Assembly: GCA_965214565.1 (NCBI GenBank)
Contig: OZ243951.1
Location: forward strand, 321,017-385,016
Source: Candidatus Aldehydirespiratoraceae bacterium
GTDB taxonomy: Bacteria > Actinomycetota > Acidimicrobiia > Acidimicrobiales > Aldehydirespiratoraceae
Direction: 5' to 3'
Length of the DNA stretch: 64,000 bases
A model generated the notes under the pieces. It searched no databases and was not told the origin of the DNA. It worked only from the letters and a program-made list of their open reading frames with translations. The translations under genes and the position numbers were made by a program. How positions within the stretch are numbered: the stretch's first letter is position 1; every line of letters begins with the position of its first letter. This document shows, piece after piece, positions 44,234-53,725 of this stretch.

Positions 44234-45067
44234 TCACACCTGTGTTTCGCAGAAGTAGGTCCACGTGCCACGGAACTTCACCCGCTGAATCGGCAGGCGG
44301 GATCTGGCGCTGAGTTCGCCATGGCGCCCCCACACCATCAAGTGGCTGCCGTACTCGCCGGGGTTGCCCAACGGGTCGATGAACTCACGCTCGGAGATCG
44401 ACGTGCCGCGGTGCTTTATGGCATCGTGAAGGGTTCCTACCAGCGCACGATGAAGCCGCCTGATCTCCTGGCTGGTCAGGGAGTCGCTAATGCGATTGTG
44501 ACGAAGCCCCGCGTGGAACAGGATCTCATCGGCGTAGATGTCGCCGATCCCGACGACGAAGGTGGGATCGGTGAGCAGGGTCTTCAACCGAACCCGGCGC
44601 GCAAGCAGACTGCGGCCGAAGGTTGTCCAGGTGACCGGTTCAGACACCGGGTCGAGTCCGAGGGCTTCGAGGTCCGGCAGTTCATCGGCTATCGAGTCGT
44701 TGGCGACGACGAACATCTCAGCCGTACCGGCATCGTCGAGCAGACGCAACTGACCGTGCTGGGTGAAGGTGATGACCACCTCTGTGGCGCGGTCAACCTC
44801 TTCCTTGTTGGCGGTACGACGCAACGACCCGCTCGAACCTAGATCGACAACCAGCGTGGTCTCATTGTCCAAACCGATGGCGATACGCAACCCGAGACGC
44901 GTCACGGTCTCGATCTTGTTGCCGATGAGCCGAGAGGTGAACGCATTGCGGGTTCGATAGCGCCTCAGCACCTTCATGCTCGCGGCCTCGGCGTTCTTGA
45001 CCTTCTTCCCAACAATGTCCCGCTCGAGGTCACGGCGAACCGTTTCGACTTCAGGTAATTCAAACAT
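44234..45067 (-). CDS. Fpg/Nei-family protein with degenerate catalytic and zinc-finger residues
   Basis: Collinear with Fpg (ELPEVETVRR..., GIGDIYADEILFHAGL H2TH). However Pro2 is Phe, the RRxKYL Lys is Leu, and the zinc-finger Cys residues read S, S, C, Q. Confidence 0.8.
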   Translation of the reverse strand: MFELPEVETVRRDLERDIVGKKVKNAEAASMKVLRRYRTRNAFTSRLIGNKIETVTRLGLRIAIGLDNETTLVVDLGSSGSLRRTANKEEVDRATEVVITFTQHGQLRLLDDAGTAEMFVVANDSIADELPDLEALGLDPVSEPVTWTTFGRSLLARRVRLKTLLTDPTFVVGIGDIYADEILFHAGLRHNRISDSLTSQEIRRLHRALVGTLHDAIKHRGTSISEREFIDPLGNPGEYGSHLMVWGRHGELSARSRLPIQRVKFRGTWTYFCETQV

Positions 45068-45752
45068 CTAGTGCTCCATCCTCATCTGAGCGGGCTTGTA
45101 GTGCGACGTGGGCTGCCCGCCGTTGAGCTTGCTTGATTGTGGTGCCTTCTCCAGTTCCACAGACTTGTCCGCCGATCCTCACCGTTGCTCGGAACAGCCG
45201 ATTGTTGTGAGGGCCCGTCTGGGTGACCTCGTACTCCGGAGAGGCCAGCCGGTCGCGCGCAGCCGATTCCTGCAGCAGCGTCTTGTAGTCGCGCGCTCCA
45301 GGTCGGCTCACCGCTTCGTCTATGCGATCACCAAGCTGAGAAAGGATGAGCCCGCGGGCGGATTCGAGGCCACCGTCAACGTAGACCGCGCCGATAACCG
45401 CTTCGAATGCGTCAGAAACGATCGACGACTTGGCGCGCCCGCCGGAACTCTCTTCCCCCCTCCCGAGGCGAAGATGCGCACCGAGACCAAGATCCACAGC
45501 CAGATCGGCGAGCGTTTCGGCGCTCACCACGGCAGCTTTCGCCTTGGCCAAATGCCCCTCGGGAAGGCTGGGGAACTGATGGTAGAGAAAATCGGTGACG
45601 GCAAGGCCAAGGACCGCGTCACCGAGAAACTCGAGCCGTTCGTTGCTGGGCCCGTCATCGTGCTCGGCACACCACGAACGATGCGTGACCGCCAACTCGA
45701 GTTGGCTGGGATCACCGAACCGATACCCCAGTCGGTTCTCCAGCGCAGACAA
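45060..45752 (-). CDS. rnc: ribonuclease III
   Basis: RNase III signature NERLEFLGDAVLGL plus a C-terminal dsRBD. Confidence 0.95.
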   Translation of the reverse strand: MSALENRLGYRFGDPSQLELAVTHRSWCAEHDDGPSNERLEFLGDAVLGLAVTDFLYHQFPSLPEGHLAKAKAAVVSAETLADLAVDLGLGAHLRLGRGEESSGGRAKSSIVSDAFEAVIGAVYVDGGLESARGLILSQLGDRIDEAVSRPGARDYKTLLQESAARDRLASPEYEVTQTGPHNNRLFRATVRIGGQVCGTGEGTTIKQAQRRAAHVALQARSDEDGALDV

Positions 45753-45771
45753 GGGCGCAGTGCTCAGCGCC

Positions 45772-46029
45772 TCAACCCAGCTTTGCGGCGACGTAATCGA
45801 CGGCGTCGCGAACGGTTCGGAGATCCTCCAGGTCCTCGTCCTCGATACGGAAACCCGACGAGCGCTCCGCTAACTCCTCTTCGAGCGCTTCGACGAGTTC
45901 GATGAGGGCCAGCGAGTCAGCATTGAGATCATCTGCGAATGCATCACCCTCGTTTATTGACAGCGGCTCAATTTCAAGAATATCGGCAAGCTGATCCCTG
46001 ACGAGTGCGAGGATCTCCTCGCGGCTCAT
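45772..46029 (-). CDS. acpP: acyl carrier protein
   Basis: DLNADSLALIELVEALEEE (phosphopantetheine Ser in DSL). ATG at 46029 gives 85 aa. Confidence 0.88.
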   Translation of the reverse strand: MSREEILALVRDQLADILEIEPLSINEGDAFADDLNADSLALIELVEALEEELAERSSGFRIEDEDLEDLRTVRDAVDYVAAKLG

Positions 46030-46173
46030 GGGAGCCTGCTCCACATGCGTTTCTGCGGGCAACTGCACCCTCCTAGTCACCAGGATCGTCTGATGCTATC
46101 GGAAGTCTCGGCCCAAGCCTCTTTTTGGTTTGAAATGAATTGAAATATAATGGCCTTCTCTATTGCCGATGCG

Positions 46174-47163
46174 CTATTGTTGGTGGACCGCGGCCGAGAG
46201 GTGCTCGACCATCCCGACCTCGACCATCTCCGAGGCGATGCGGATGGCGTTGGCCATGGCATCGGCGCCGCTCGAGCCGTGAGAGATGACGCACACCCCC
46301 TTCACGCCGAGCAGCAACGCCCCGCCCGTCGAGTCGGGGTGCAACTCTGCGAGCATCGCATCGAGTGGACCGGCCAACATCTCGCCCGCGTGTCGGGTCT
46401 GCTCATCGGTGTCGATCGCGGTGAGCAACCGGCTGAGCAGTGCCGACATGGCTCCCTCGAGTGTCTTGAGGGTGACATTGCCGGTGAACCCGTCCGTCAC
46501 CACCACATCGACATCGTCGGTCATCACGTCACGACCCTCCACGTTGCCGATCCATTCGGCACCGCACGATGCGGCCCACGCAGTGTCGCTCAACAGTTCA
46601 AAGCACTCCTTCACGAACTTGTTGCCCTTGCCTGCCTCCTCGCCGATCGACAGCAGCCCGACTCGGGGGCTCTCAATCTTGAAACGGTCACGGGCATAGA
46701 TACAGCCCATCTGAGCGAACTCGACCAGCCATTCAGGGCGACACTCTGCGTTTGCCCCAGCATCGAGCAGGGTGGTGTGGGTCGCTTTGGGTACCGGTAC
46801 GGGAATGGCGATCGCCGGACGATTGATCCCCCGGATACGCCCCATGCGCAACAACGCGGACGCCATCGTTGCACCAGTGTTCCCGGCCGAGACCATCGCC
46901 GAGGCACGGCCCTCCCGAACCGCGCCCGCAGCCCGCACCAACGACGAGTCACGCATGCGACGAACGCTGGTACCCGGCTCGGCGTCCATGGCGATCACTT
47001 CACTGGCCTCGATCACCTCCAGACCACCGGTGTCACCGAGATCGGCTGATCTTCCAACCAACACGACCGGTATCCCCATCTCCGATACGGCGCGCCGAGC
47101 ACCGGCAACGATTTCTGTAGGGGCGTTGTCACCACCCATAGCGTCGACCGCGATGGGCAGCAT
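46174..47163 (-). CDS. plsX: phosphate acyltransferase PlsX
   Basis: MLPIAVDAMGGDNAP N-terminus and full-length PlsX pattern. Conserved rpmF-plsX adjacency. Confidence 0.94.
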   Translation of the reverse strand: MLPIAVDAMGGDNAPTEIVAGARRAVSEMGIPVVLVGRSADLGDTGGLEVIEASEVIAMDAEPGTSVRRMRDSSLVRAAGAVREGRASAMVSAGNTGATMASALLRMGRIRGINRPAIAIPVPVPKATHTTLLDAGANAECRPEWLVEFAQMGCIYARDRFKIESPRVGLLSIGEEAGKGNKFVKECFELLSDTAWAASCGAEWIGNVEGRDVMTDDVDVVVTDGFTGNVTLKTLEGAMSALLSRLLTAIDTDEQTRHAGEMLAGPLDAMLAELHPDSTGGALLLGVKGVCVISHGSSGADAMANAIRIASEMVEVGMVEHLSAAVHQQ

Positions 47164-47166
47164 CGA

Positions 47167-47346
47167 TCAGTTGACGTCTATGGCTTGCCGGCCGCCGTAC
47201 CATCCACAGTTGCCGCAGGCGCGGTGGGGGCGTTTGGTAGCGTCACACCGCGGGCAGGCGCTGCGAGGCGCGGCTGCGACGCGCCAAGCCGAAGCACGCC
47301 GGCTCCGAGTCTTCGATTTCGACGTTTTCTTCTTCGGGACGGCCAT
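47167..47346 (-). CDS. rpmF: 50S ribosomal protein L32
   Basis: MAVPKKKTSKSKTRSRRA...CPRC...CGNCGWY; 59 aa from the ATG at 47346. Confidence 0.93.
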   Translation of the reverse strand: MAVPKKKTSKSKTRSRRASAWRVAAAPRSACPRCDATKRPHRACGNCGWYGGRQAIDVN

Positions 47347-47478
47347 CGCAACCTGTTTCGTAGAGTTTCTCCCAGGCCGCAGTTGACCGACCTGAGCAAC
47401 AAAGGTTAGCGACACGCCGCTACTACGCCACCGCTGCGGCGACGATATCGCCCGGCGTCTCCGCTGATCACGCTGCTG

Positions 47479-48039
47479 TCAGCCGTCGAAGGTCAGCTCA
47501 TCAAGGGCCGACCAGCGAGGATCGAGGACTGGGCCTTCGTCTTCAGCCGGGCCGGTCGGGAATCGGTCCGGTGCCGGGCCCTCACATTCGGATCGACATA
47601 GCGGAGCGAGCGGAATCGACAGCAGAGCCACCTCGCGCAGCATGGGTCCCAGGTCGATGCCATTCTCGGTCAGGGGCCAGGTCTCCCCCTCTGTTGGATG
47701 CACCTCGAAGAGTTCTGAGACTTCAGCCACAAGATCGCCGAAGGTGGGTTCCAGACAACGCCGACAGGGCGCGGACCAGCGCCCTTCCACAGTTCCGGCG
47801 GCCAGGACTGCTTCGCTCCCAGGTATCCGAGAATCGCTCTGCTCACTAGGGGATTTGCCAGAATCGGTGCGTTCCAGAAGCAGATCGAGAGCGAGTCGAC
47901 CGTCAACGACCACCGATTCCAACCCGACTTCGGCCAACTCCATGTCGGCGAGTCTCACCTCGGTGCACAGTTCAAGTCGGGATTCGGATCCGCCGAAGAG
48001 TCCCGTCGTGTCTAGCAGAAACCTAGCCTCGCCTGTCAC
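47479..48039 (-). CDS. YceD/DUF177 family protein
   Basis: CRRCLEP...IDLGPMLREVALLSIPLAPLCRSEC is the DUF177 pattern. Its GTG start at 48039 overlaps the upstream stop (GTGA). Conserved position upstream of rpmF. Confidence 0.85.
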   Translation of the reverse strand: MTGEARFLLDTTGLFGGSESRLELCTEVRLADMELAEVGLESVVVDGRLALDLLLERTDSGKSPSEQSDSRIPGSEAVLAAGTVEGRWSAPCRRCLEPTFGDLVAEVSELFEVHPTEGETWPLTENGIDLGPMLREVALLSIPLAPLCRSECEGPAPDRFPTGPAEDEGPVLDPRWSALDELTFDG

Positions 48040-48611
48040 TCGCGGTCCTGGTCGAAGAACTCGTCGCGCTCCGGAGCCGGAAGCGGAGGACGCGACTCGT
48101 GTTCCTGGGTGGCACCCTGCATCCGCGACCGGCCGAAGGCAACCGAACGGGTGATGCGCTCCAGCACGACCTCCAACCGTCCGAGTTCCTGATCGCACCA
48201 GTCCTCTGTCTTCAAGCGAAGGTCCCTCGCTTCCTGCTCGGCCGAGGACACGACCCGTCTGGCGTGTTCGTTGGCCTCCTGCACCAACTCGGTGCGCTGC
48301 ACCATGCGCTGGGCGGTGTCACGCGCACGGGCAATCAACAGGTCGCCCTCCCCCTGCACGCGGGCCAGGAAGTCGTCGCGTTCCTTGAGCAACCAGCGGG
48401 CGGCTCGGAACTCTTCGGGAAGGCGTTGCACCGCCGAGTTCAACAGTTCGAGGACCTCGTTCTTGTTGATGATCGAAGACGCTGACATCGGCATCGGACG
48501 AGCCCTCTCGATCAGGTCGATCGCTGCTCTGAGGATCTCCTCGGATTCAAGGGGCCGGTATGTGGGTGGCGCGGACTCGGCAGGATGCTCTCCTGTGTTC
48601 TGATCGGTCAT
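48036..48611 (-). CDS. hypothetical coiled-coil protein (DivIVA- or ATP-synthase-B-like class)
   Basis: Charged heptad-like sequence. Translationally coupled on both sides (ATGA with coaD, GTGA with DUF177). No specific family assigned. Confidence 0.6.
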   Translation of the reverse strand: MTDQNTGEHPAESAPPTYRPLESEEILRAAIDLIERARPMPMSASSIINKNEVLELLNSAVQRLPEEFRAARWLLKERDDFLARVQGEGDLLIARARDTAQRMVQRTELVQEANEHARRVVSSAEQEARDLRLKTEDWCDQELGRLEVVLERITRSVAFGRSRMQGATQEHESRPPLPAPERDEFFDQDRE

Positions 48612-49081
48612 CCGTATCGCTCTCTCAATCGGCGAGCCACGCTGGCAGGAACCATTTTAGATATGTCACCACCGAACCTGGTGAAGTCACGGATGAACTT
48701 CGATGCCAGGAATGAACTGCTCGAAGCTGAGGGGATGAAGAGCGTGTGGATGCCCGACGCGGCGTTGTTCATCTGGGCCATCTGAAGTTCGTTCTCGAAG
48801 TCGGAGACGGCCCGTAGGCCCTTCAAGATGAAATCGGCGCCGATCTCGGCCGCGAGGTCGACGACGAGCCCCCCGAACATCCGCACAGTGACATTGGGCA
48901 GGTGTTCAGTCGCCTCACGCAGCATCGCCTCGCGATCGTCGAGATTGAAGACACCGTCCTTGGTGGTATTGACCACGGTCGCCACCACAACTTCATCGAA
49001 CAACTTCGCAGCAGTCCCGATGATCTCCAGGTGTCCGTTGTGGACGGGATCAAACGAACCGGGGTAAAGGACACGGGTCAC
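48608..49081 (-). CDS. coaD: pantetheine-phosphate adenylyltransferase
   Basis: VLYPGSFDPVHNGHLEII (T/HxGH nucleotidyltransferase motif). The GTG at 49081 overlaps the rsmD stop. Confidence 0.93.
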   Translation of the reverse strand: MTRVLYPGSFDPVHNGHLEIIGTAAKLFDEVVVATVVNTTKDGVFNLDDREAMLREATEHLPNVTVRMFGGLVVDLAAEIGADFILKGLRAVSDFENELQMAQMNNAASGIHTLFIPSASSSSFLASKFIRDFTRFGGDISKMVPASVARRLRERYG

Positions 49082-49617
49082 GAGACTTGGTTCTCCGTAG
49101 CAGCGCGGGCAGAGGCGAGTGTCACCACGGTACCTCCGTATCGCCGGACCCGATGGGTATCCCACGATTTGGGGAGTTCGACCTCACGGTCGGATTCAAT
49201 GGCGACGACCGAATCTCTGACCTTGCCCAGCAGTTCTGGCCAGCGATCGAACGAATACGGGGGGTCCAGCAACAACAGATCGTACGGCTCGGCACGGGAG
49301 AGGAAGGTCATTGCGTCGGCAGGCAGCACGGTTGCCTGATCCTGCAAGCCCAACGACACAAGGTTCTCCCGCAGGACGGCCAACGCAAGCCTGTCATTCT
49401 CGACGAAGACCGCTCGGGCCGCTCCACGCGACAGCGCTTCGATCCCGAGCGCGCCCGATCCCGCGAACAGGTCGAGCACAACCGAGTCGGTGATCACGCC
49501 CAGAGAGTACAGGGAGTTGAACATCGCCTCGCGTACTCGGTCCGCGGTAGGGCGAAGGTTCTCAGAGTCCCCGGCGTTGATTCGTCGCCCTCCCAACGAC
49601 CCGGCTACGACACGCAT
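49078..49617 (-). CDS. rsmD: 16S rRNA (guanine966-N2)-methyltransferase
   Basis: VLDLFAGSGALGIEALSRGA motif I and the DPPY motif (LLLDPPYS). Confidence 0.92.
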   Translation of the reverse strand: MRVVAGSLGGRRINAGDSENLRPTADRVREAMFNSLYSLGVITDSVVLDLFAGSGALGIEALSRGAARAVFVENDRLALAVLRENLVSLGLQDQATVLPADAMTFLSRAEPYDLLLLDPPYSFDRWPELLGKVRDSVVAIESDREVELPKSWDTHRVRRYGGTVVTLASARAATENQVS

Positions 49618-49653
49618 GTGTACCAGTGTGGCCCGTCAAGCTACCGTCACCTC

Positions 49654-49848
49654 ATGGGTCCACCCGAATCCCCTATACCTGAGACGATCGTATGCGTTGA
49701 CTGCGGAGGCAATTGCCATCGCATCTCCTATACGCCCGACGAGGGTTTCGAGCCGGGAGACATAGTCGCCTATCGATGTTCCGACTGTGAAGACCGCTGG
49801 GACGTCGAGTTGGCCGCGGACGATTTTGAACCGCCTGAGGGCGTCTAG
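49654..49848 (+). CDS. small zinc-ribbon protein (hypothetical)
   Basis: 64 aa with CVDCGGNC...(24 aa)...CSDC and an acidic tail. It fills the recG-rsmD gap on the opposite strand. GC3 is lower than in neighbouring genes and no clear SD is seen. Confidence 0.4.
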   Translation: MGPPESPIPETIVCVDCGGNCHRISYTPDEGFEPGDIVAYRCSDCEDRWDVELAADDFEPPEGV

Positions 49849-51983
49849 CTCTTCATCAGGAAGTCGGCCTCGTCGTCGCCGAGCATGAAGTCGACCTCTT
49901 CTTTGAGCTCGGGATGGTCGGTCAGTTCCGGGTCTTGGGCGATGATCTCTATGGCCGAGGACCGGGCCAGTTCCACCCACTCCTTGTCACGTCGCAACGA
50001 TGCCAGGCGGAGATCGTTGCGACCCTTCTGGCGCTCCCCCATGATCGTTCCCTCCCCCCGCAGTTCGAGGTCGACTTCGGCCAACTCGAACCCGTCGGTG
50101 CTCTCCACAAGCGCTTCGAGGCGGGCTCTGCCGACTTTGGTGGCCGGATCGCCGAGTAGATAGCAGCGTCCTTGATGCTGGCCGCGGCCAACCCGCCCGC
50201 GGAGTTGGTGCAGCTGCGCGATGCCGAAACGGTCGGCGTCGAATATGACCATCACAGTGGCGTTGGGCACGTCGACGCCTACTTCGATCACTGTGGTCGC
50301 GACGAGCACGTCGATGGACCCCGACCGGAAGTGGGCCATCGTTGCCTCCTTCTCGGCGGGCGACACCCGCCCGTGCAACAGACCCACACGCAGGCCCGAC
50401 AGTTCGCCGTCGGTCAGTTCGAGGTAGGTGTCCTCCACGCTGCGCACCTCGACCACCTCGGACTCCTCTATCAGCGGGCAGACGACGTAGGCCTGGTGGC
50501 GGAAGGCCACCTCGGCACGGACCGTCTCCCACACCGCGCTCTCTGCTATCGGTCCCTCGGCCCAGTCGGTGATGATCGGGGATCGGCCCGGCGGCATCTC
50601 GTCGAGCACGCTGACATCGAGGTCTCCGTAGACGGTCATCGCCGCTGTGCGCGGGATCGGGGTCGCGGTCATCACCAGCACGTCGGGCACGCTTATCGAC
50701 TCGCCCTTGTCCCGCAGCGCAGCGCGCTGTTCAACTCCGAACCGATGTTGTTCATCGATGACCACCAACCCGAGGGACTGATACTGCACCGCGGTCTGGA
50801 TCAGGGCGTGGGTTCCGATGACGATGTCGACTCTGCCGACAGCGAGGTCGGCGAGTACCTTGCGACGCTGCGACGCCTTGAGGGTGCCGGTCAACAATTC
50901 GACCCGCAGCGGGCGGTCACCCATCAGCGAGGTCGGATCCGGCACCGACAGATCACCGAGCATGTCGCTCACGGCGAGATGGTGCTGTTCGGCGAGCACC
51001 TCGGTCGGAGCCATCAACGCACCCTGGTAGCCACCTTGAACCGCGGTCAGCAACGCGGTCACCGCAACCAGGGTCTTGCCGGAGCCCACGTCGCCCTGCA
51101 GCAGGCGATGCATCGGATAGTCGACAGACAGGTCACGGGTGATCTCTTCGTTGACACGGCGTTGCGCTTCTGTCAGGGGGAAGGGCAGGCGAGCGTGGAA
51201 CCGATCGACGAGCTCTCCCGACGTGTCGTGGCTGATGCCGGAGGTCTGCAGTTCGATGCTCCTCTTGCGCCGGACCAGTTCGAGCTGCACCCGGAGCAGT
51301 TCGTCGAATACGAGCCGTCGACGCGCCTGTTGCATCTCCTCCATAGATTCCGGGTGGTGGATGCCGCGCAGCGCGGCTCCGCGGTCCACGAAGTCGAACC
51401 TGTCGAGCACCGCGGGTGGGACCGGGTCGTTGAATCCCCTAACCCAGCTCCGGTTGAGGGCTTCCTCGACGAGCTGGGCCAACTTGTAGGTCGTCAACCC
51501 GGCCTTCTCGGACTGGGGATAGACCGGGATTATCCGACCGGTCTGGGTACCGAGGAGGTCGACTACCGGCGAGGTCATCTGGGGTGTCCCGCGGTATCGC
51601 TCGAACTTGCCGTGTACCAGCACTTCCATCCCCTCACTGAGCTGTCTGGCACGCCATTGCTGGTTGAAGAACACCAGGGTGAGCTTTCCGGTGCCGTCGC
51701 CGATCACGATCTGGGTAAGCGTTCGGCGGCCTTTCAGCCTGCGGTTGTAGGAACTGCGCACCGTTCCCACCACGGTCGCCTCGTCTCCAGGGAGCAGTTC
51801 GATGATCTGGGCCTGTCTGGTGCGGTCGAGGTATCGGCGAGGGTAGTGCGCCAACAGGTCGAGGACCGTTGAGATCTCCAAGGCCAGCAGTCCGGTCGCG
51901 GTTCGTTCACCGACGCCGGCCAATTCGATGACCTTGATACCCCCGAGGTCCTTCAAAGTGAGCGGAGGGTCGCCGGCCGGCAT
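49845..51983 (-). CDS. recG: ATP-dependent DNA helicase RecG
   Basis: Wedge OB domain, helicase motif I GDVGSGKT, DEQHRFG, and the TATPIPRT motif typical of RecG. Confidence 0.95.
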   Translation of the reverse strand: MPAGDPPLTLKDLGGIKVIELAGVGERTATGLLALEISTVLDLLAHYPRRYLDRTRQAQIIELLPGDEATVVGTVRSSYNRRLKGRRTLTQIVIGDGTGKLTLVFFNQQWRARQLSEGMEVLVHGKFERYRGTPQMTSPVVDLLGTQTGRIIPVYPQSEKAGLTTYKLAQLVEEALNRSWVRGFNDPVPPAVLDRFDFVDRGAALRGIHHPESMEEMQQARRRLVFDELLRVQLELVRRKRSIELQTSGISHDTSGELVDRFHARLPFPLTEAQRRVNEEITRDLSVDYPMHRLLQGDVGSGKTLVAVTALLTAVQGGYQGALMAPTEVLAEQHHLAVSDMLGDLSVPDPTSLMGDRPLRVELLTGTLKASQRRKVLADLAVGRVDIVIGTHALIQTAVQYQSLGLVVIDEQHRFGVEQRAALRDKGESISVPDVLVMTATPIPRTAAMTVYGDLDVSVLDEMPPGRSPIITDWAEGPIAESAVWETVRAEVAFRHQAYVVCPLIEESEVVEVRSVEDTYLELTDGELSGLRVGLLHGRVSPAEKEATMAHFRSGSIDVLVATTVIEVGVDVPNATVMVIFDADRFGIAQLHQLRGRVGRGQHQGRCYLLGDPATKVGRARLEALVESTDGFELAEVDLELRGEGTIMGERQKGRNDLRLASLRRDKEWVELARSSAIEIIAQDPELTDHPELKEEVDFMLGDDEADFLMKS

Positions 51984-51989
51984 CCGTGT

Positions 51990-53663
51990 CTACTCCAACC
52001 CGAAATAGTAGGGGTAGAGCGGTTGGCCTCCGTGATGGACCTCCACCGCCACATCAGCGTGGTTCCGGGTCACCCATGACTCGATGGTCGCGGTCGTGTA
52101 GTTGTCGGCGTCCTCGCCGGTGATGACGGTCAACAGCTCGTGGTCCTCTTCGACTATCGCTTCGAGCAGCCCGGTCGCCGCTGCGAGCATCGACGATCCC
52201 ACCGCGGAGATGCCCTCGGGACAGATCCCGAGCCAGTCGCCCGCGCTGATCGGTCCTGTGGCACTGGACGCCTCACGCACGGCCTTGGTGACTTCTCCGG
52301 TGACCACACCTTCGAACGCCTCGGCCATGGCGGCCGCATTCACTGATGCAGGGGCGTGGGGGTCGTAAGCCATCAGGGCAGCCAACGCTTCGGTCACGCT
52401 CGTGGTGGCGACTACCTGCACGGCGCGGCTCGTCTGATGTTCGACCTGGCCGGCCACCGCGATGATGTTCTTGTTGTTGGGAAGGATGATCGCTTCAGGC
52501 GCCGCGACCGACTCGACTGCAGCCACCAGCTCCGCTGTCGACGGATTCATCGACTGTCCACCAGCCACAACAGCCCCCACGCCCATCGATTTCAACAGCG
52601 CCACCACACCGGACCCGACCCCCACAGCGACAACTGCAGTCGATACCGTCGAGACCTCCTCGGTGCCGCTGCGGTTGTGTGTCGTGTCGCCGTCGAGAGC
52701 AGCGGCGACCCAGTCGCGCTCCTCGAGTTCCGCGAGTTCGTCGAGAAGGTCGGTGACCCGGATGTTGTGGGGGCGCCCCACCTCGATCCCACACTCGATC
52801 GCTGCGCCGATGTCGTCACAGTGGATATGGCAGTTGTAGATTCCGGAACCGCCGACGACAACGATCGAGTCGCCGACACGCGCCCACGAATCCTTGAATC
52901 CGGCTATCTCCTGATCCGGTGCATCGAGCAGGAACATCACCTCGTATCTGAGATCGGCGATCGACGCCCCGCCCGCTCCCCGTGCAGCACCGCCGAGTTG
53001 TCGATGATGTGGCGCTGCGGGCGGGGTTGCGGGCGGTTCGGGAAGGTCCCTGTCGTCGACCACATGGAGCGCCGCGTCGTACAGGAGCAAAAGCCCTGCA
53101 CCACCAGCGTCCACAACGCCGGCGTCAGCCAACACGGCCAGCAGAGTCGGGGTTCGCTCAAGCGACGCAGCAGCTTCTGCGCGGGCCGCTTCAAGGACTC
53201 CGCAGAGATCAGCTCCGTGCGCGGCAGCATCGGCGGCCGCCTCAGAGGATTCTCTGATCACAGTGAGGATCGTTCCTTCGACCGGGTTGCCCACAGCTTC
53301 GTATGCGCCCCTCGCGGCCGAGGTCAGGCCTTCCGCCAGAAGCTGTGCGTCGATGACGGCCTGCTGCGCGACCACGCCTGAGAACCCGCGCAGGATCTGC
53401 GACAGGATCACCCCGCTGTTTCCCCTGGCCCCCATCAACGATCCGTGGGCGATGCCGCCGCACACCGAGGCCATGTCGTCTCCTCTGCCGTCGAGCTCCT
53501 CCACGACTGAGCGCAGGGTCAGCGACATGTTGGTCCCGGTGTCGCCGTCTGGCACCGGATAGACGTTGAGGTTGTTGATCACCTCCCGGTGACCAGCAAG
53601 CGCGTCACAGAAAACCGCGACGACGCGTCGAAGGGAGGCTGCATCAATCGAGTCGAGCGTCAC
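51990..53663 (-). CDS. DAK2 domain-containing protein (YloV-like)
   Basis: N-terminal Dak2 domain (LNVYPVPDGDTGTNM) plus a DegV-like C-terminus. Conserved next to recG. Confidence 0.9.
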   Translation of the reverse strand: MTLDSIDAASLRRVVAVFCDALAGHREVINNLNVYPVPDGDTGTNMSLTLRSVVEELDGRGDDMASVCGGIAHGSLMGARGNSGVILSQILRGFSGVVAQQAVIDAQLLAEGLTSAARGAYEAVGNPVEGTILTVIRESSEAAADAAAHGADLCGVLEAARAEAAASLERTPTLLAVLADAGVVDAGGAGLLLLYDAALHVVDDRDLPEPPATPPAAPHHRQLGGAARGAGGASIADLRYEVMFLLDAPDQEIAGFKDSWARVGDSIVVVGGSGIYNCHIHCDDIGAAIECGIEVGRPHNIRVTDLLDELAELEERDWVAAALDGDTTHNRSGTEEVSTVSTAVVAVGVGSGVVALLKSMGVGAVVAGGQSMNPSTAELVAAVESVAAPEAIILPNNKNIIAVAGQVEHQTSRAVQVVATTSVTEALAALMAYDPHAPASVNAAAMAEAFEGVVTGEVTKAVREASSATGPISAGDWLGICPEGISAVGSSMLAAATGLLEAIVEEDHELLTVITGEDADNYTTATIESWVTRNHADVAVEVHHGGQPLYPYYFGLE

Positions 53664-53725
53664 GGCGACCGATGGTACTTCCCGCGAGTAGTTCGCGCGA
53701 GTTTGCAGGCGGTACGCTCTGCTGC

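Noticed and set aside
50172-51872. 566-aa ORF on the plus strand
   Set aside because: It lies entirely antisense to recG, which has all helicase motifs. It has R/G/H-rich shadow-frame composition.
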